Positions 1 through 13,100 of a stretch of DNA of 64,000 bases are shown in pieces (position 1 is the stretch's first letter; the number at the start of each line of letters is the position of its first letter). The DNA is from Octopus vulgaris. Lineage: Eukaryota. The stretch is taken from positions 7,936,001 through 8,000,000 of the forward strand of contig OX597814.1 of NCBI GenBank assembly GCA_951406725.2, in the 5' to 3' direction. A model generated the notes under the pieces. It worked only from the letters and a program-made list of their open reading frames with translations, had not been told where the DNA came from and did no database searches. Both the position numbers and the translations under genes were made by a program.

Positions 1-1084
1 ATGTGTGAGTGACTGACAGAGAAAAGGAGAGAGAGGTTACGTATGTATATATGTATGAATGGCTTTGGCTGACTGTCATCCTGTATTCTCCTTGTTGCTA
101 AGCGAAATGGTATATGCTGGCAGTGTGAGCAACTGGTTGTTTTAATGGTGGGGGAATTCCATTGGATAAGTTTTAATCGATTTTCTTGGTAACTATGGGG
201 TCTAGGAAAAAATACAAACTGCATTCCAGTCTATGCACCTGTCTCCACATGTGTGCCATTTTTCACGTGAATCCACGCAGCCGTTTGGCTTTGAACCTCA
301 AGACAAGAAAGAATACAACACTCACCCGTGTCCAATTTATATTATAGATATAAAAGAATGCAAAAAATGGGAGAAAATGCAAAATATCCAGACAGTTAGA
401 TGATACAAAAAAAAAAAGAGACAAGAAAAAACAAGGAAGGATCATTCAGAGTTTTCTTTCCAAAGTCGAGTTCCAGATTATCTTTTCAATTTTGGCTGCT
501 CATACTCAGGATTGCTCCAATTTGGCCATCCCCAAGGAAAAACTAAGCTAAGAGCACGAGGTTCCTAGGAAGAAAGCAGTGAATGTAGATGAAAACGAGG
601 ACGAAAATGGACAAATGGTACACAAATACAAATGCAAATAATAGAACATTAACAACAAGTGTCTTTCGACTAAGGACGAATTAAATTAAGCTGGTGTGTG
701 TGGAAGTGAAGCCTTACGGCAGGGACATAAGAGATAACAGGTGTGGGGAGGAATATAGATGTTGCACGGATGGTAGTCGAACCAAGAAAGAAAGGTCAGG
801 CTTGGCCGAACACCAGTCACGTGGGGAGGGAAGAGAGAGAGGTAGAGACAGAAGGACAGAAGAATTAGGGAGGGATGAGAAAAGACAGGGAGAGAGTAAG
901 GTGAAAGAGGAGGGAAGATGAGAATGAAGAGAAAGCCAGGAAATGTGAGAGAGGGGGAATGAAAGAAAGAAGAATGGAAAGAACAAAGTAAGTGTGAAGG
1001 GGATTATAGAAAGAAAGAGAGAATGAATGAATAAGGGAGTTGTACAAAATTTAGATACATTTAGACTCTTATATGTAAGTACAT

Positions 1085-2078
1085 ATCATCATTATCATCA
1101 TTTAACGTCTGCTTTCCAAGCTGGCATGAGTTGGATGATTTGACTGAGGACTAGCGAACCAGGTGGCTGCACCAGGCTCCAATCTGATCTGGCAGAGTTT
1201 CTACAGCTGAACACCCTTCCTAATGCCAACCACTCCGAGAGTGTGGTGGGTGCTTTTACATGACACCGGCATGAGGGCCAGTCTGGCAGTACTGGCAACG
1301 GCCACGCTCAAAAGTTTTTTTCATGTGCCAGTAAGGCAACGCTAGTAACGATCATGCTCAAATAGTGCTTTTTACATGCTACCAGCACGGAAGCCCCTCA
1401 GTTGCTCTGGCAAGGATCACGCTCAGATGGTGATCTTAGCGCTCCACTGGCATGGGTGCCAGTCATCGAATTTGATTCGATTTCGATTTCACTTGCCTCA
1501 ACAGATCTTTGCAAGCAGAATTTAGTGTCCAATGAAGGAAAGGTATGCATAAGTGGGCTGGTTACACCCCTGGCATAGCCCACGGATTATAGTCTCACTT
1601 GGTTTGCCGGGTCCTCTCACGCACTGCATATTTCCAAAGGTCTCGGTCTCTAGTCATTGCCTCTGTGAGGCCTAATGTTTGAAGGTTGTGCTTCACCACC
1701 TCATCCCAGGCCTTCTTGGATCTACCTCTTCCACAGGTTCCCTCAATAGCTAGGGTGTGGCACTTTTTCACACAGCTATCTTCAGCCATTCTCGTCACAT
1801 GACCATACCAGCACAGTTGTCTCTCTTGCACACCACATCTGATGCTTCTTAGGTCCAACTTTTCTCTCAAGGTACTTACACTCTGTTGAGTATGCACACT
1901 GACATTACACATCCAGCAGATCATGCTAGCTTCATTCCTTGTGAACTTACGCATGTCCTCAGCAGTCATGGCCGATGTCTCACTGATATGTAGCATGGCT
2001 GTTCATACACATGTGTCACACAATCTACCTTTTACTCTGAGAAAAAGGCCCTTTGTCACCAGCAGAGGTAAGAGCTCT
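1085..2078 (-). mobile_element. 5'-truncated RTE LINE (C-terminal end, 3' UTR, (ATG)n tail)
   Basis: ORF 1595-1996 matches the C-terminus of the RTE ORF near 6000-6400 (LREKLDLRSIRCGVQERQLCWYGHV); (CAT)n tail at about 1085-1100. Confidence 0.9.
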
Positions 2079-2104
2079 CTTATATATATATATATATATA
2101 AGAA

Positions 2105-2470
2105 AATGATCCGAACGTGGCCGTAGCCAGTACCGCATCAACTGGCCTCTGTGCTGGTGGCACGTAACAAACACCATCCAATCGTGGCTGTGCCAGCCTG
2201 GCCTGGCCTCCGTGCCGGTGGCACGTAAAAATCACCATCCGAGCGTGGCCGTACGCCAGCCTCGTCTAGCACCTGTGTCGGTGGCACATAAAAAGCACCC
2301 ACTACACTCGTGGAGTGGTTGGCGTTAGGAAGGGCATCCAGCTGTAGAAACAGTGCCAGATCTGACTGGCCTGGTGCAGCCTCCTGGCTTCCCAGACCCC
2401 AGTTGAACCGTCCAACCCATGCTAGCATGGAAAGCAGACATTAAACGATGATGATGATGATGATGATGAT
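2105..2470 (+). mobile_element. RTE-derived 3' tail / SINE 3' end
   Basis: Three gtgccggtggcacgtaaaa units and a tail matching 6930-7109, ending in (GAT)n. Confidence 0.85.
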
Positions 2471-2484
2471 ATATATATATATAT

Positions 2485-3137
2485 TACGAACGCACAGCTC
2501 ATGAACGGCTAAAGCTAAGATTTCTTTCAACCTCGCTTTCTCCTACCCTTTGCACGTATAATCACTATTCTTTCATTATTCTTTTCAACATACCATTCAT
2601 GTAATGTTTTTCGTTTAGTCTTGTCTCTCTATTTGCTCCTGTTTCATAGCCACTCATCGTCTCCCCTAAAATTTGACTTTCTCTGATATTTTTCAAACCT
2701 ACTTTCTTGCTCTCGCGATTAACAGAATCCTCTTGCTAGTTTGGGGTCCAGTTAAGACTTCCTGACGAACTCAGATTTTAGATTTTACCTTTTTCTCTCC
2801 AAGCCTATCTTAATTATCAAATAATAAATATTATCGACACTGTCGTCTTGTTCCACTATGCTAGTCAAAACCCCTCACACAGCTTCCGCCCATGTGTTCC
2901 TTGACCACTTCTTTTCCCCCCTCCTCCCTAACTAACGCTGTCCCTCTCCCTATGTTTCTATATGTCCCCGTCTTCGATAACCACCATCGCCATATATAAA
3001 CTAGCGATCGCAAATCAGTAACCCCACTCGCTTTCAACTCCACTACGAACGCACAGCTCATGAACGGCTAAAGCTAAGATTTCTTTCATCCTCGCTTTCT
3101 CCTACCCTTTGCACGTATAATCACTATTCTTTCATTA
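2485..3137 (+). repeat. ~94-bp direct repeat pair (2485-2578 and 3044-3137)
   Basis: tacgaacgcacagctcatgaacggctaaagctaagatttc...tttcatta occurs twice, nearly identical. Confidence 0.85.
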
Positions 3138-3327
3138 ACCCACCCACCCCCTCCACACATGCCGGAAGTTCCTATTCTTTTCCATCCCTGGGTTGCTTCC
3201 CTTGAAGACTGCAAATGCTCTTTCACCATCCCTACCCCTAGTTTCGACCTAGGTAAGGTAATGATCATACAGTGCAAAATATGAATGGGTAGTGTTATGC
3301 AGGTTGAATTGAAGGCTACTGTATTAC

Positions 3328-6300
3328 TTGCTCATGAATTCTGCCAAATGCGAGCTTTCTTTTCAGGTACATGAAGCTACTGTCCACCGACGCAGGGTCT
3401 CTAGGGCCCATACCTCCCACACCCTCAACGTTGGCACACTGAAAGGTAGGTCTGGCGAGATAGTTGAGATGCTTGAACGGAGGTGTGTTGATATATGCTG
3501 CATTCAAGAAGTGAGGTGGAGAGGAGGTTCTGCTAGGTTCCTCACAGGCAAGGAACACAGGTACAAGATTTTCTGGGCAGGGAATACTGACGGGGTTGGA
3601 GGCGTGGGTATACTTATCGCTGAGAAATGGGTAGATAAAGTAATTGAGGTAATCAGAGTATGCGACAGAATACTTAAGATTAGCGCTTCATCATAGTTTA
3701 GCAACCATTATATCAGCCTATGCTCCTCAGTCGGGGCTACATGATGGACAGAAAGACCGATTCTATGACACTCTACTGCAGACTACCTCGTTGACGAACG
3801 ACAGAGACCTTCTCTTTGTGGCTGGTGACTTCAATGGTCACGTACATGGAGGCTATGGCTCTGGTTCCCGCAACGAGGAGGGAACCAGGCTGCTGGAGTT
3901 CTGCGATGCAAATAATCTTATGATTTGCAACACTAACTTCAGGAAACCTACCAGCCACCTAGTCACCTACCGATCGGGCCAACATACCAGCCAAATTGAC
4001 TACATCCTTGCCAGGCAAAGGGAGAGATGGCTACTTATAAATGCCCAAACCTTCCCAGGCGAAGAATGTACCCCACAACATAGACTGGTAGTTAGTGACT
4101 TTAGGATCAGGACTAGGAGGACAACCAGAAGACGACCAACAAGGAGAAGAAGGATCTGGAAGCTTAAAGATCCTGCGAATGGACAGAGATTTAGAGATAT
4201 GCTACTTGAAACCTTCGACGAAGTAGAAGGGGATAGAGTATCACATGGGGTAGAGGGCAACTGGACGTTTCTAAGGGACAACCTGCTGAGAGCCACTGAC
4301 CAGATCTGTGGATGGTGCAAAGTCCCCTCTCGTCCCAAGGTAACGTGGTGGTGGAACAGTGTTGTAGACAGGGCTATTAGAGAAAAGAGACAGACTTGGA
4401 AGCACTGGAAGAATGGTGGTAGCAGGGAATTGTATCAGACTGCTAAAAGAGAAGCTAGGAGACAGGTCTATCTAGCCAGAGGGGAAGCAGATAAGAAAAA
4501 ATTTGCCAATGTTCTGCGCCGTGAGGACCAAAGACTGGAGGTGTTTCGCGTTGCAAGACAGTGTGTGAGAGAGAATTGTGATGTGGTAGGAGAGAAGTGT
4601 GTTCGCATGGAAGATGGTTCACTTGCGCTAAACGAGGATGCAAAGAGAGAGGCTTGGAGACGCCACTATGAAAGGTTGCTGAATAAAGAAAATGAATGGG
4701 ATAAAGAGAGTCTGCCGAACGTTGACCCAACAGAGGGACCAGCTATCAGGGTTGATAGTTCCTTGGTAGCTAAGGCAATTAGAAGCATGAAGACAGGGAA
4801 AGCCCCAGGCCCATCAGGTATCACTGCAGAGATGCTCAAAATATCTGGTAGTGTCGGCTATAGCCTAGTCACCCGTATAGTTAATCAGGTGATACATGAA
4901 GGAGTCATACCCAATGACTGGTGTAGCAGCATAATAGTCAACTGCTACAAAGGTAAAGGTGATGCCCTAGATACAAATAATTACAGAGGTATCAAGCTGT
5001 TGGATCAGGTGATGAAGGTTACAGAGAGGGTCATAAGCCAACTAATTAGAGAGAGAGTTAGTTTAGATGAGATGCAGTTTGGGTTCGTGCCAGGGAAAAG
5101 TACCACTGATGCTATATTCCTGGTAAGGCAGCTGCAGGAGAAATACCTAGCCAAAGATAAGCCCCTGTACCTGGCTTTTGTTGACATGGAGAAAGCCTTC
5201 GACAGGGTCCCCCGATCCCTCATCTGGTGGTCAATGAGGAAACTAGGAATAGATGAATGGTTAGTGAGAGCTGTGCAAGCCATGTACAGGGACGCTGCTA
5301 GTAAGGTGAGGGTTGGCAATGAGTACAGTGAAGAATTCCGGGTAGAGGTAGGGGTCCACCAAGGCTCAGTCCTCAGCCCCCTCCTATTTATCATAGTCCT
5401 CCAGGCAATAACGGAGGAATTGAAGACAGGATGCCCCTGGGAGCTCCTCTATGCTGATGACCTTGCTCTAATTGCTGAGTCACTATCAGAACTGGAGAAG
5501 AAGTTTCAGGTGTGGAAGCAAGGTTTAGAATCGAAGGGCCTTAGAGTCAACCTAGCTAAAACCAAAGTCGTAATAAGTAGGAAGGTAGACAAATCACAAA
5601 CGCCTTCAGGTAGATGGCCCTGCTCGATCTGTAGAAAAGGTGTAGGTAGAAACTCTATAAGATGCACCAAGTGTAAGCTATGGACACATAAGAGGTGCAG
5701 CAATGTCATAGGAAGGCTAACTAGGAAGATGGTTTTTGTATGTGGCAGATGCTCGGGAGCATTAACCTCTGAAAATCTGCAGAAAACAACTTCCGTCACT
5801 TTCCAGGGGGAAAAACTAGAAGTAGTTGATAGCTTCCATTATCTTGGTGACCAAGTCAGTAGTGGGGGTGGGTGTGCTGAAAGTGTAACGGCTAGAGTAA
5901 GAATAGCCTGGGCAAAGTTTAGGGATCTCTTACCTCTGTTGGTGACTAAAGGCCTCTCGCTCAGAGTAAAAGGCAGACTGTATGATGCATGTGTACGAAC
6001 AGCCATGCTACATGGCAGTGAAACATGGGCCGTGACTGCTGAGGACATGCGTAAGCTCGCGAGAAATGAAGCTAGTATGCTCCGTTGGATGTGTAATGTC
6101 ACTGTTCATAGTCGACAGAGTGTAAGTACCTTGAGAGAAAAGTTGGACCTAAGAGGCATCAGATGTTGTGTGCAAGAGAGACGATTGCGCTGGTATGGTC
6201 ATGTGGCGAGAATGGATTAAGATAGGTGTGTGAAAAAGTGCCACACTCTGGCAGTTGAGGGGACCTGTGGAAGAGGTAGACCCAGGAAAACCTGGGTCGA

Positions 6301-6406
6301 GGTGGTGAAGCACGACCTTCGAACTCTAGGTCTCACCAAGGAAATGACCAGAGACCAAGACCTATGGAAGTATGCTGTGCGTCAGAAGACCCGGCAAGAC
6401 CAGTGA
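3328..6406 (+). pseudogene. RTE APE-endonuclease/reverse transcriptase ORF, disrupted
   Basis: APE motifs LNVGTL, CIQEVR, GDFNGH, IDYIL; RT motifs DMEKAFDRV, GVHQGSVLSPLLF, YADD. Frameshift near 3690; premature TAA at 6218-6220, with homology continuing to about 6406. Confidence 0.92.
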
Positions 6407-6459
6407 GAACAATCAAAATCAAATCATATATCAGAAAGCAGGGGTTAAGTGACCCATCC

Positions 6460-6943
6460 ATTCGTGTCCGCTGCCAGCCTCGCCTGGCCCCGTGCCGGTG
6501 ACACGTAAAAGCACCGTCCGTTCGTGGCCGTTTGCCAGCTCTGTCTGGCCCCGTGTCGGTGGCACGTAAAAGCACCATCCGTTCGTGTCCATTGCCAGCC
6601 TCGGCTGGCCCCCGTGCCGGTGACACATAAAAGCACCGTCCGTTCGTGGCCGTTTGCCAGCTCTGTCTGGCCCCATGTCGGTGGCACGTAAAAGCACCAT
6701 CCGTTCGTGTTCGTTGCCAGCCTCGGCTGGCCCCCATACCGGTGACACATAAAAGCACCGTCCGTTCATGGCCGTTTGCCAGCTCTGTCTGGCCCCGTGT
6801 CGGTGGCACATAAGAGCACCATCCGTTCGTGTCCGTTGCCAGCATCGCCTGGCCCCGTGCTGGTGACACGTAAAAGCACCATCCGTTTGTGGCCGTTTGC
6901 CAGCTCTGTCTGGCACCTGTGCAGGTGGCACGTAAAAAGCACC
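6460..6943 (+). repeat. Tandem array of 8 x ~60-bp units (alternating A/B types) in the RTE 3' UTR
   Basis: aaagcacc recurs about every 60 bp; units alternate between gccagcctcg..tggc and gccagctctgtctggc. Confidence 0.92.
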
Positions 6944-7109
6944 CACTACACTCGCGGAGTGGTTGGCGTTAGGAAGGGCATCCAGCCATAGAAACACTGC
7001 CAGATCTGACTGGGCCTGACGAAGCCTTCCAGCTTCACAGACCCCAGTTGACCCGTCCAACCCATGCTAGCATGGAAAGCGGACGCTAAATGATGATGAT
7101 GATGATGAT

Positions 7110-7111
7110 TC

Positions 7112-7154
<43 letters not shown>

Positions 7155-7168
7155 GAAGAGAGACATAG

Positions 7169-7241
<73 letters not shown>

Positions 7242-7252
7242 GAGAGACATAG

Positions 7253-7283
<31 letters not shown>
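7110..7283. repeat. Compound (TA)n(GA)n microsatellite, duplicated
   Basis: (TA)n-(GA)n-ggaagagagacatagatac block occurs twice. Confidence 0.9.
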
Positions 7284-7289
<6 letters not shown>

Positions 7290-8905
7290 TGCAGCAGCAA
7301 ATGTTACAACTATTGAAGTTGATGAGCATGAGAAGTATAGTAACTTCCTATCACCAAAAAAAGCATCTGACATAAATTTCACCAACACAGTTGACATTTT
7401 GTGCAAAATGTTTAGTGAAAAGAGCTCAATGTTTAATACTCGATGGAAATGTTTAAACATAGATAAGAGCGAAGATGAAGACTTCACTACTTACACAGGC
7501 AGAGTCAACAAAGAATATGAGAGATTTAGGCAAGATATGCTTATTCCAGATTCATTCAATTGTTTGATTTTTGCATGAGGATTGACAAATAAAAGGGATG
7601 CAGAAATCCGAACATAATTTCTATCAAAACTGGAAATGAATGAGGATTTGACATCACAGAAAGTGTCAGAAGAACGTGATAGGATATTAAAATTAAGCAA
7701 TGACACGGAATAAATTCAATGGAAAGAGTGTTTCCACATAAGACCAGTGCAAAAATGGCAGAAAACAAATAAAGTGTTGCAGATAAAACAGAAAAAGTAT
7801 GGGAAGCACTTGAAGAGTGATTGTCCATATATAAAAGCAAAGTGCTTTCGCTGCAGGTTTACAGGACATATAAAATCGTACTGCAAAAGTAGACTGATAT
7901 AAAAGTAGAACAAACAAGAAAAGATAAATAGCTTGTCAGCAGGAAAAGTTACGAGCACAACAAATAGAAAATTCGTGAGAATTGAAAACACTAGTGTCTG
8001 AATGCAATTAGACATGGGAACAAATGGGTAAAGCAAAATTATGTAGTTCAAACAAATAATGTAGGGTGTTAAGGAATAAAATTATATTTCACAGGAGAAT
8101 GTAATATATTGTTCAAAGGCCAAACAGAAAAAGTGAATGTTTATGTGTTGAAAAAATCCATGAATTTATTTGCCACTGAATGTATGGAGAAATTTAATTT
8201 ATGGGTTACACTGATAAGAGCTTTGTGCAATAATGTTAACAGAGCAGTCAAATGATAGAACAAGGTTGATGAACTGAAACAAAAAAAGTGACAGGGGACA
8301 TCCTTTGTGAACTACCAGTAACTTTGGAAGGAATAAAAAGAAATGCAAGAAATGACAAATTTATTAATGAGACAAAAAGAAAACCGTGGTCAACAAAAGG
8401 AAATGAAGAAAGGTCTGATGCAGAGAAACCTCAAGATGTGTGTACTCAATATGTGATGGTGTACTAATGTACACTCAGAGGGTGGTCATACCACAGACAT
8501 TACAGAAGAGACTGCTAAAAGTGTTCCATGAGGGACTCCCAGGCATCTATAGAATGAAAGCACTGATGTGAAGTTTCGTATACTATCCAAGCAAGAACCA
8601 GGAAGTAGAAAACCTGCAGAGGATGTGTGATGGCAGTGAAAATACCATGCTCTCAATTGCATACCAATTTTGCAGGCCTGGTAAACGGATATTATTACTT
8701 AATAGTAGTGCACAGCTACACAAAATAGCCTGAGCTTGTGAGGTGTAAATGACCAACCTCATATACAGTAATAAACTTCTCACACGAGTTGTGCACAAGA
8801 TTTGGTACTGGATATAATTGTTTCTGATAATAGAACACAGTTTGTATCCTGCGAGATGTTCACATTAGAACATAAAACTATAGCACCTTATCACTCTAGA
8901 TCGAA
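7284..8905 (+). mobile_element. Decayed Gypsy/Ty3 gag-pol relic (outer element, left part)
   Basis: SMFNTRWKCLNI gag-like text, a CCHC knuckle (CFRCRFTGHIKSYC) and integrase remnants ending in PYHSRSN. Confidence 0.7.
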
Positions 8906-10139
8906 TGTTTTACATCTTTTACAAACATTGGATATATAATTTAATGAAGCACAGGTAAAATCAATGTGTTCACACAGCGTACTTCATGAGACTCCAAAAT
9001 GCCCTCTCAGCGACTCATACCAACCTTTTGTTTCAAGTAATACACTACTCTTTATAAGAGTTTGGCTTGTCCATTCTTCCAGTACCCCCAGAGGTGTCAA
9101 TGACTCTCACCACAACATCTCTCCCTTTGATATTGACTTACATTGGAAGTCAATATTATTTTTATTTATTTATTTTTTCCTTTCATCACATCTCCCTGTT
9201 TGAGATTTTCCTCCTAGGGAAGTTTAATATTTCTTTTGTTTAGGCACTACTTCCAACTGTTCTGTTTGTTTCCAATTTCTTGTGCTGCCCAGCCTAGGTT
9301 CAATTTCTTGTGGTGTTTGAACATCAAAGGTGTCATAGAACACTTCCATAGGTATCTCTTTTCTTTTTTTCTGTATATCTATTTTTTTGCTGGTTTAAAT
9401 GTCTAGGTGTTCCTATTTTTCACCTCTTATCATATGTCATTTTGCCTATCCTTTTTATTACTACTCAGTCTTGTCTTCCATTTTTATTTATTTTGAAAAA
9501 TACCTTGTCACTGATATTAAAATACTTTGTCGTATTTTTAGCATTTTCCCTATTTGATTTTCTTACTGTTAGTATAGCTTGTCAAAAATTGACTTTATTT
9601 TTGGTGTAAACATTAGTTCCACAGGTGACTTGCCCGAAAAAGATTTTGGGTTTGGTGTTATCCGATAAACCCTCGAGAACTGTGTCAATGCTGCATCATC
9701 GATGAGCTCATTTCTTGATTTCTTTAATGCTCTCTACAGTTACACGTTTCTAGCCATTTTGTAAAGCTATCTACCATTATTAGATATGATCGGTTTAATG
9801 ATCCTGTGAAATCTATGTGTAGTCTGGACCACGGAATATCGGTCTTGAGCCAAGGTTGAAATTTTCTAGTGGGTGATTTTGCTGAAAAAGCACAACCTCT
9901 GCAAGATTTTACCAACTTTTCAATATCTAGGTCCATTTTTGGCCAGTAAACATCACTCTTCATAAGTGGCTTCATCCTAGAAATTTCTGGAAGTCCAGTG
10001 TGGAATTCCTTTAACATTCGTCCTTGTAGTGAAATAGGCATTACAACCGTCTGTGTATACATAAGCATATTATTGCGTATTGAATACAGATTCAAAACTA
10101 TGTTACGTCCAGCCATATGTATTTTTTTATTTATTTCTT

Positions 10140-13100
10140 CTGATTGATTGATTGGTTGATTGATTCTAGTTTCAGCTCATGAGCTGTGGCCATGCTGGGG
10201 CACCGCCATTTGGTGTTGCTACATGGTTTTACTTCATGAATGCTTTTTAGCAACTGCCATTTGGTGCATGAGAGAGTTTGATGCAGCTGCCCTAATCTGC
10301 ACCTCCTGCCGTGAAGTTGGTTCATCTGGGATACCTGACAAGAAGAGATCCAGTTTCATTTTAAAGACATCTGCATCCACCCCATGCAGGTCTCTTAGGT
10401 TCTTCGGGAGGATATTGAAGAGCTGTGGGCCTCGGAAGCCCAGGCTATCACAGTATCTTGTTCTACATCTTGATGGCAAATTTGGAGTCCTAGGCACCAT
10501 GCAGTGGCGCCCAGTTCAGGCATTTGTGTAACTCTCGATGCCAAAGTTTGGGACAAGTCCCTCCAGGATCTTCCAGATGTATATTATGGCATATCTTTCT
10601 TGCCTACGCTCCAAGGAATAGAGTTTTAATCTCTTGAGTCTTTCCCAGTAGCTTATATTCTGCATAGAGGCTATCTTTGTGTAGCTACGTTGGATCGCCT
10701 CAAGTTCTGTGATCAACTTGACACTGGATGGTGACCATAGCTGAGAGCAATAGTCAAAGTGGCTTAGGACAAGTGTCCTCCAGAGGACCATCATGGTTTC
10801 TTGTTCTCTTGTTCTAAAGGTTCTGAGAATCCATCCGGCCAGTCGTCTACATTTCATTGCCAATTTAGCAACATGTACATGAAAGGTCGCGTCATCACTC
10901 ATGTAAATACCCAGGTCACGCACTGATTGAGCCTCTGGGATTGCAATTCCTCCGGGTCCAGTGTATTCATTGGGTATTGCATTTAGTTTTGCATGCTGAT
11001 AGTATAAAGCTTGAAACTTTTCAGCATTGAACTGCATGCTATTCTTTTCAGCCCACTTGTATATTTTGTCCAGCTCACATTGCAGGTTCTTAGTGTCCTC
11101 AGGGTTCTGTATTGCCTGTGAAACTTTTGTATCATCTGCATAACTTGTGATCGTGGCTCTCTGCGTGGCTGAGGGCATGTCTGAGAGGGCCATTATGAAC
11201 AGTAGTGGTCCCAGAACAGTGCCCTGCGGGACACCGCTCACTATTTGCGTGTTAATGGAAGTGGCCCCATTGGCTACCACAACTTGACTTCTATCTTTCA
11301 GAAAGTCATGAAGCCATTCTCCCAGTTTTGCAACTATGTTGAGATCATGCAGTTTGTGACATATCATTCCATGATCGACTTTATCGGAGGCCTTTGCAAA
11401 GTCGAGATATATCACTTCCACATTTGAGTGGTTGAGCAGTCGTTTCAGCACCCAGTCATAGTGTTGTAGGAGCTGAGTTAAGCAGCTTCTTCCTGGTTGG
11501 AAACCATGTTGGGTGTCAGGCAGCAATTCATTTTCTTCAAGGAAGGTGATCAGTTTCCTTCTGACTATTCGTTCCATGACCTTGCTGATGTGTGAGGTCA
11601 GAGAGATAGGTCTGTAGTTCTTGGCCTCCGCTCTGCTACCTCCTTTATGAATAGGGCATATTTTACCTTCCTTCAGTTTTCTTGGAAGTTTGCCAGCTGC
11701 AAGGAAGCTCTGAAAGAGGAACTGCAGTGGTCTTGCTAGGACTCTCTTACATACTTTTAGGAGGATTGCCGGGAATCCATCGGGGCCAATAGCTGAGTCT
11801 GTTTTCATTTCATCTATAGCCTTTATTACATCGTCTTCCTTTATATCGATGTAATTTATCGTCGCCGCCTCTGATTTTATATCTGCAGTGGTAAAGAAGT
11901 CAGTTGGATTGGTGATTTGGAAATGCCCAAGGGGTGGAGTGAAAACACTCTTGAATTGCTCATTCAGTATTTCACTTACCCTCATTGGTTTTCCTGTGAG
12001 TGTGCCATCCTTTTCAAGGAGTGGCCCTATCCTACAGTGCACCGTAGCTGTTTCTTTGGCATACCTGTAGAAAGCTCTGGGGTTAGATTTTATGTTGTCT
12101 ATAGCCCAGGCTTCTTTGTCTGCTCTTTCCTTTTCATGGGAGAGTTGCAGACATTTTTCAATTTCCAACAGTTTTATTTTCAGGCGGGACTTTTCACTGC
12201 TTTCAATTTGTTTGTTTAGGCGATTTGAAATTTTTGTACGCCGTCCTATTAAAATTTTCCTCTCTCTGGGGATTTTGTTCTTGTGTACAGTGGCCTTTCT
12301 CTCTGGGACACATTTGTAGCATATGGCTTGCATTACAGACATGAATTGTTGAAGTTTCACGTCGATGTCTGGCGAGGAGAGACATTCAGGCCAGTTTTGT
12401 TTGAGGATCTCTTTCTCAATTTGTTTCCAGTTTGCCTTATGGAAGTTCAAGCTGGAAAGATTCTGAGGGTTTCTTGTAGGCTGCATGTCCATGCTTTCCT
12501 TTGGCCCGTACATGGTCAGCTCTACCATGTTGTGATCCGAGAGTAGTGTCGGTGTCACTTTCACATTATGGATGAGATCCATATTATTTGTGAAGCAGAG
12601 ATCCAGTGTGTTACCTGCCCTGGTTGGTTGGAGTATTACTTGCTCCATGTACAGGGTGTTGATGAGGTTCAGGAGGGACCTCGCCTGTCCTCGTTCACAT
12701 CTTGTCATTCCTGGGAGAGAAAGGCCCTCAGGCCATCTGACATTGGGCAGATTGAAGTCTCCCATAAGAAGTACACTTATGTGTTGTTCTAATGCGATTA
12801 GAACTTCTTCTAATTTTATAAGGCAGTCTTCAAACTTGCCTACATGGCTTGGGGCATCTGTAGGGCGATATGTAGCACACACAACTACATCAAGTTGCCT
12901 TATATGTACAATTAGTGTGTCACACACCGAGTTTGAGTATGACAAAAGGACCTGGGGTGTGAGGTCCTCACGGATGTACATAGCAACTCCTCCATGACTC
13001 CTTTCTTTTCTGTCGGTCCGTAGTACAACATACTGTGGTATGTGTAATTTTGCATCTGCTATGTCCGGTTTCAGGTGCCTTTCCGTAAGTGCTATGCATA

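Larger units (their letters stand above)
3300..7109 (+). mobile_element. Near full-length RTE-clade LINE
   Basis: APE endonuclease, RT, 3' UTR tandem array and (GAT)n tail in the expected order. Confidence 0.95.

Noticed and set aside
655-735. Possible hammerhead on the minus strand (tgtcc-ctgccgta...agtc-gaaa-gacac)
   Set aside because: The core is too degenerate to support by eye.
6460-6943. CRISPR-like array next to a reverse transcriptase
   Set aside because: The sequences between repeats are themselves repeated (AB alternation), there are no cas genes, and it is a eukaryotic LINE 3' UTR.
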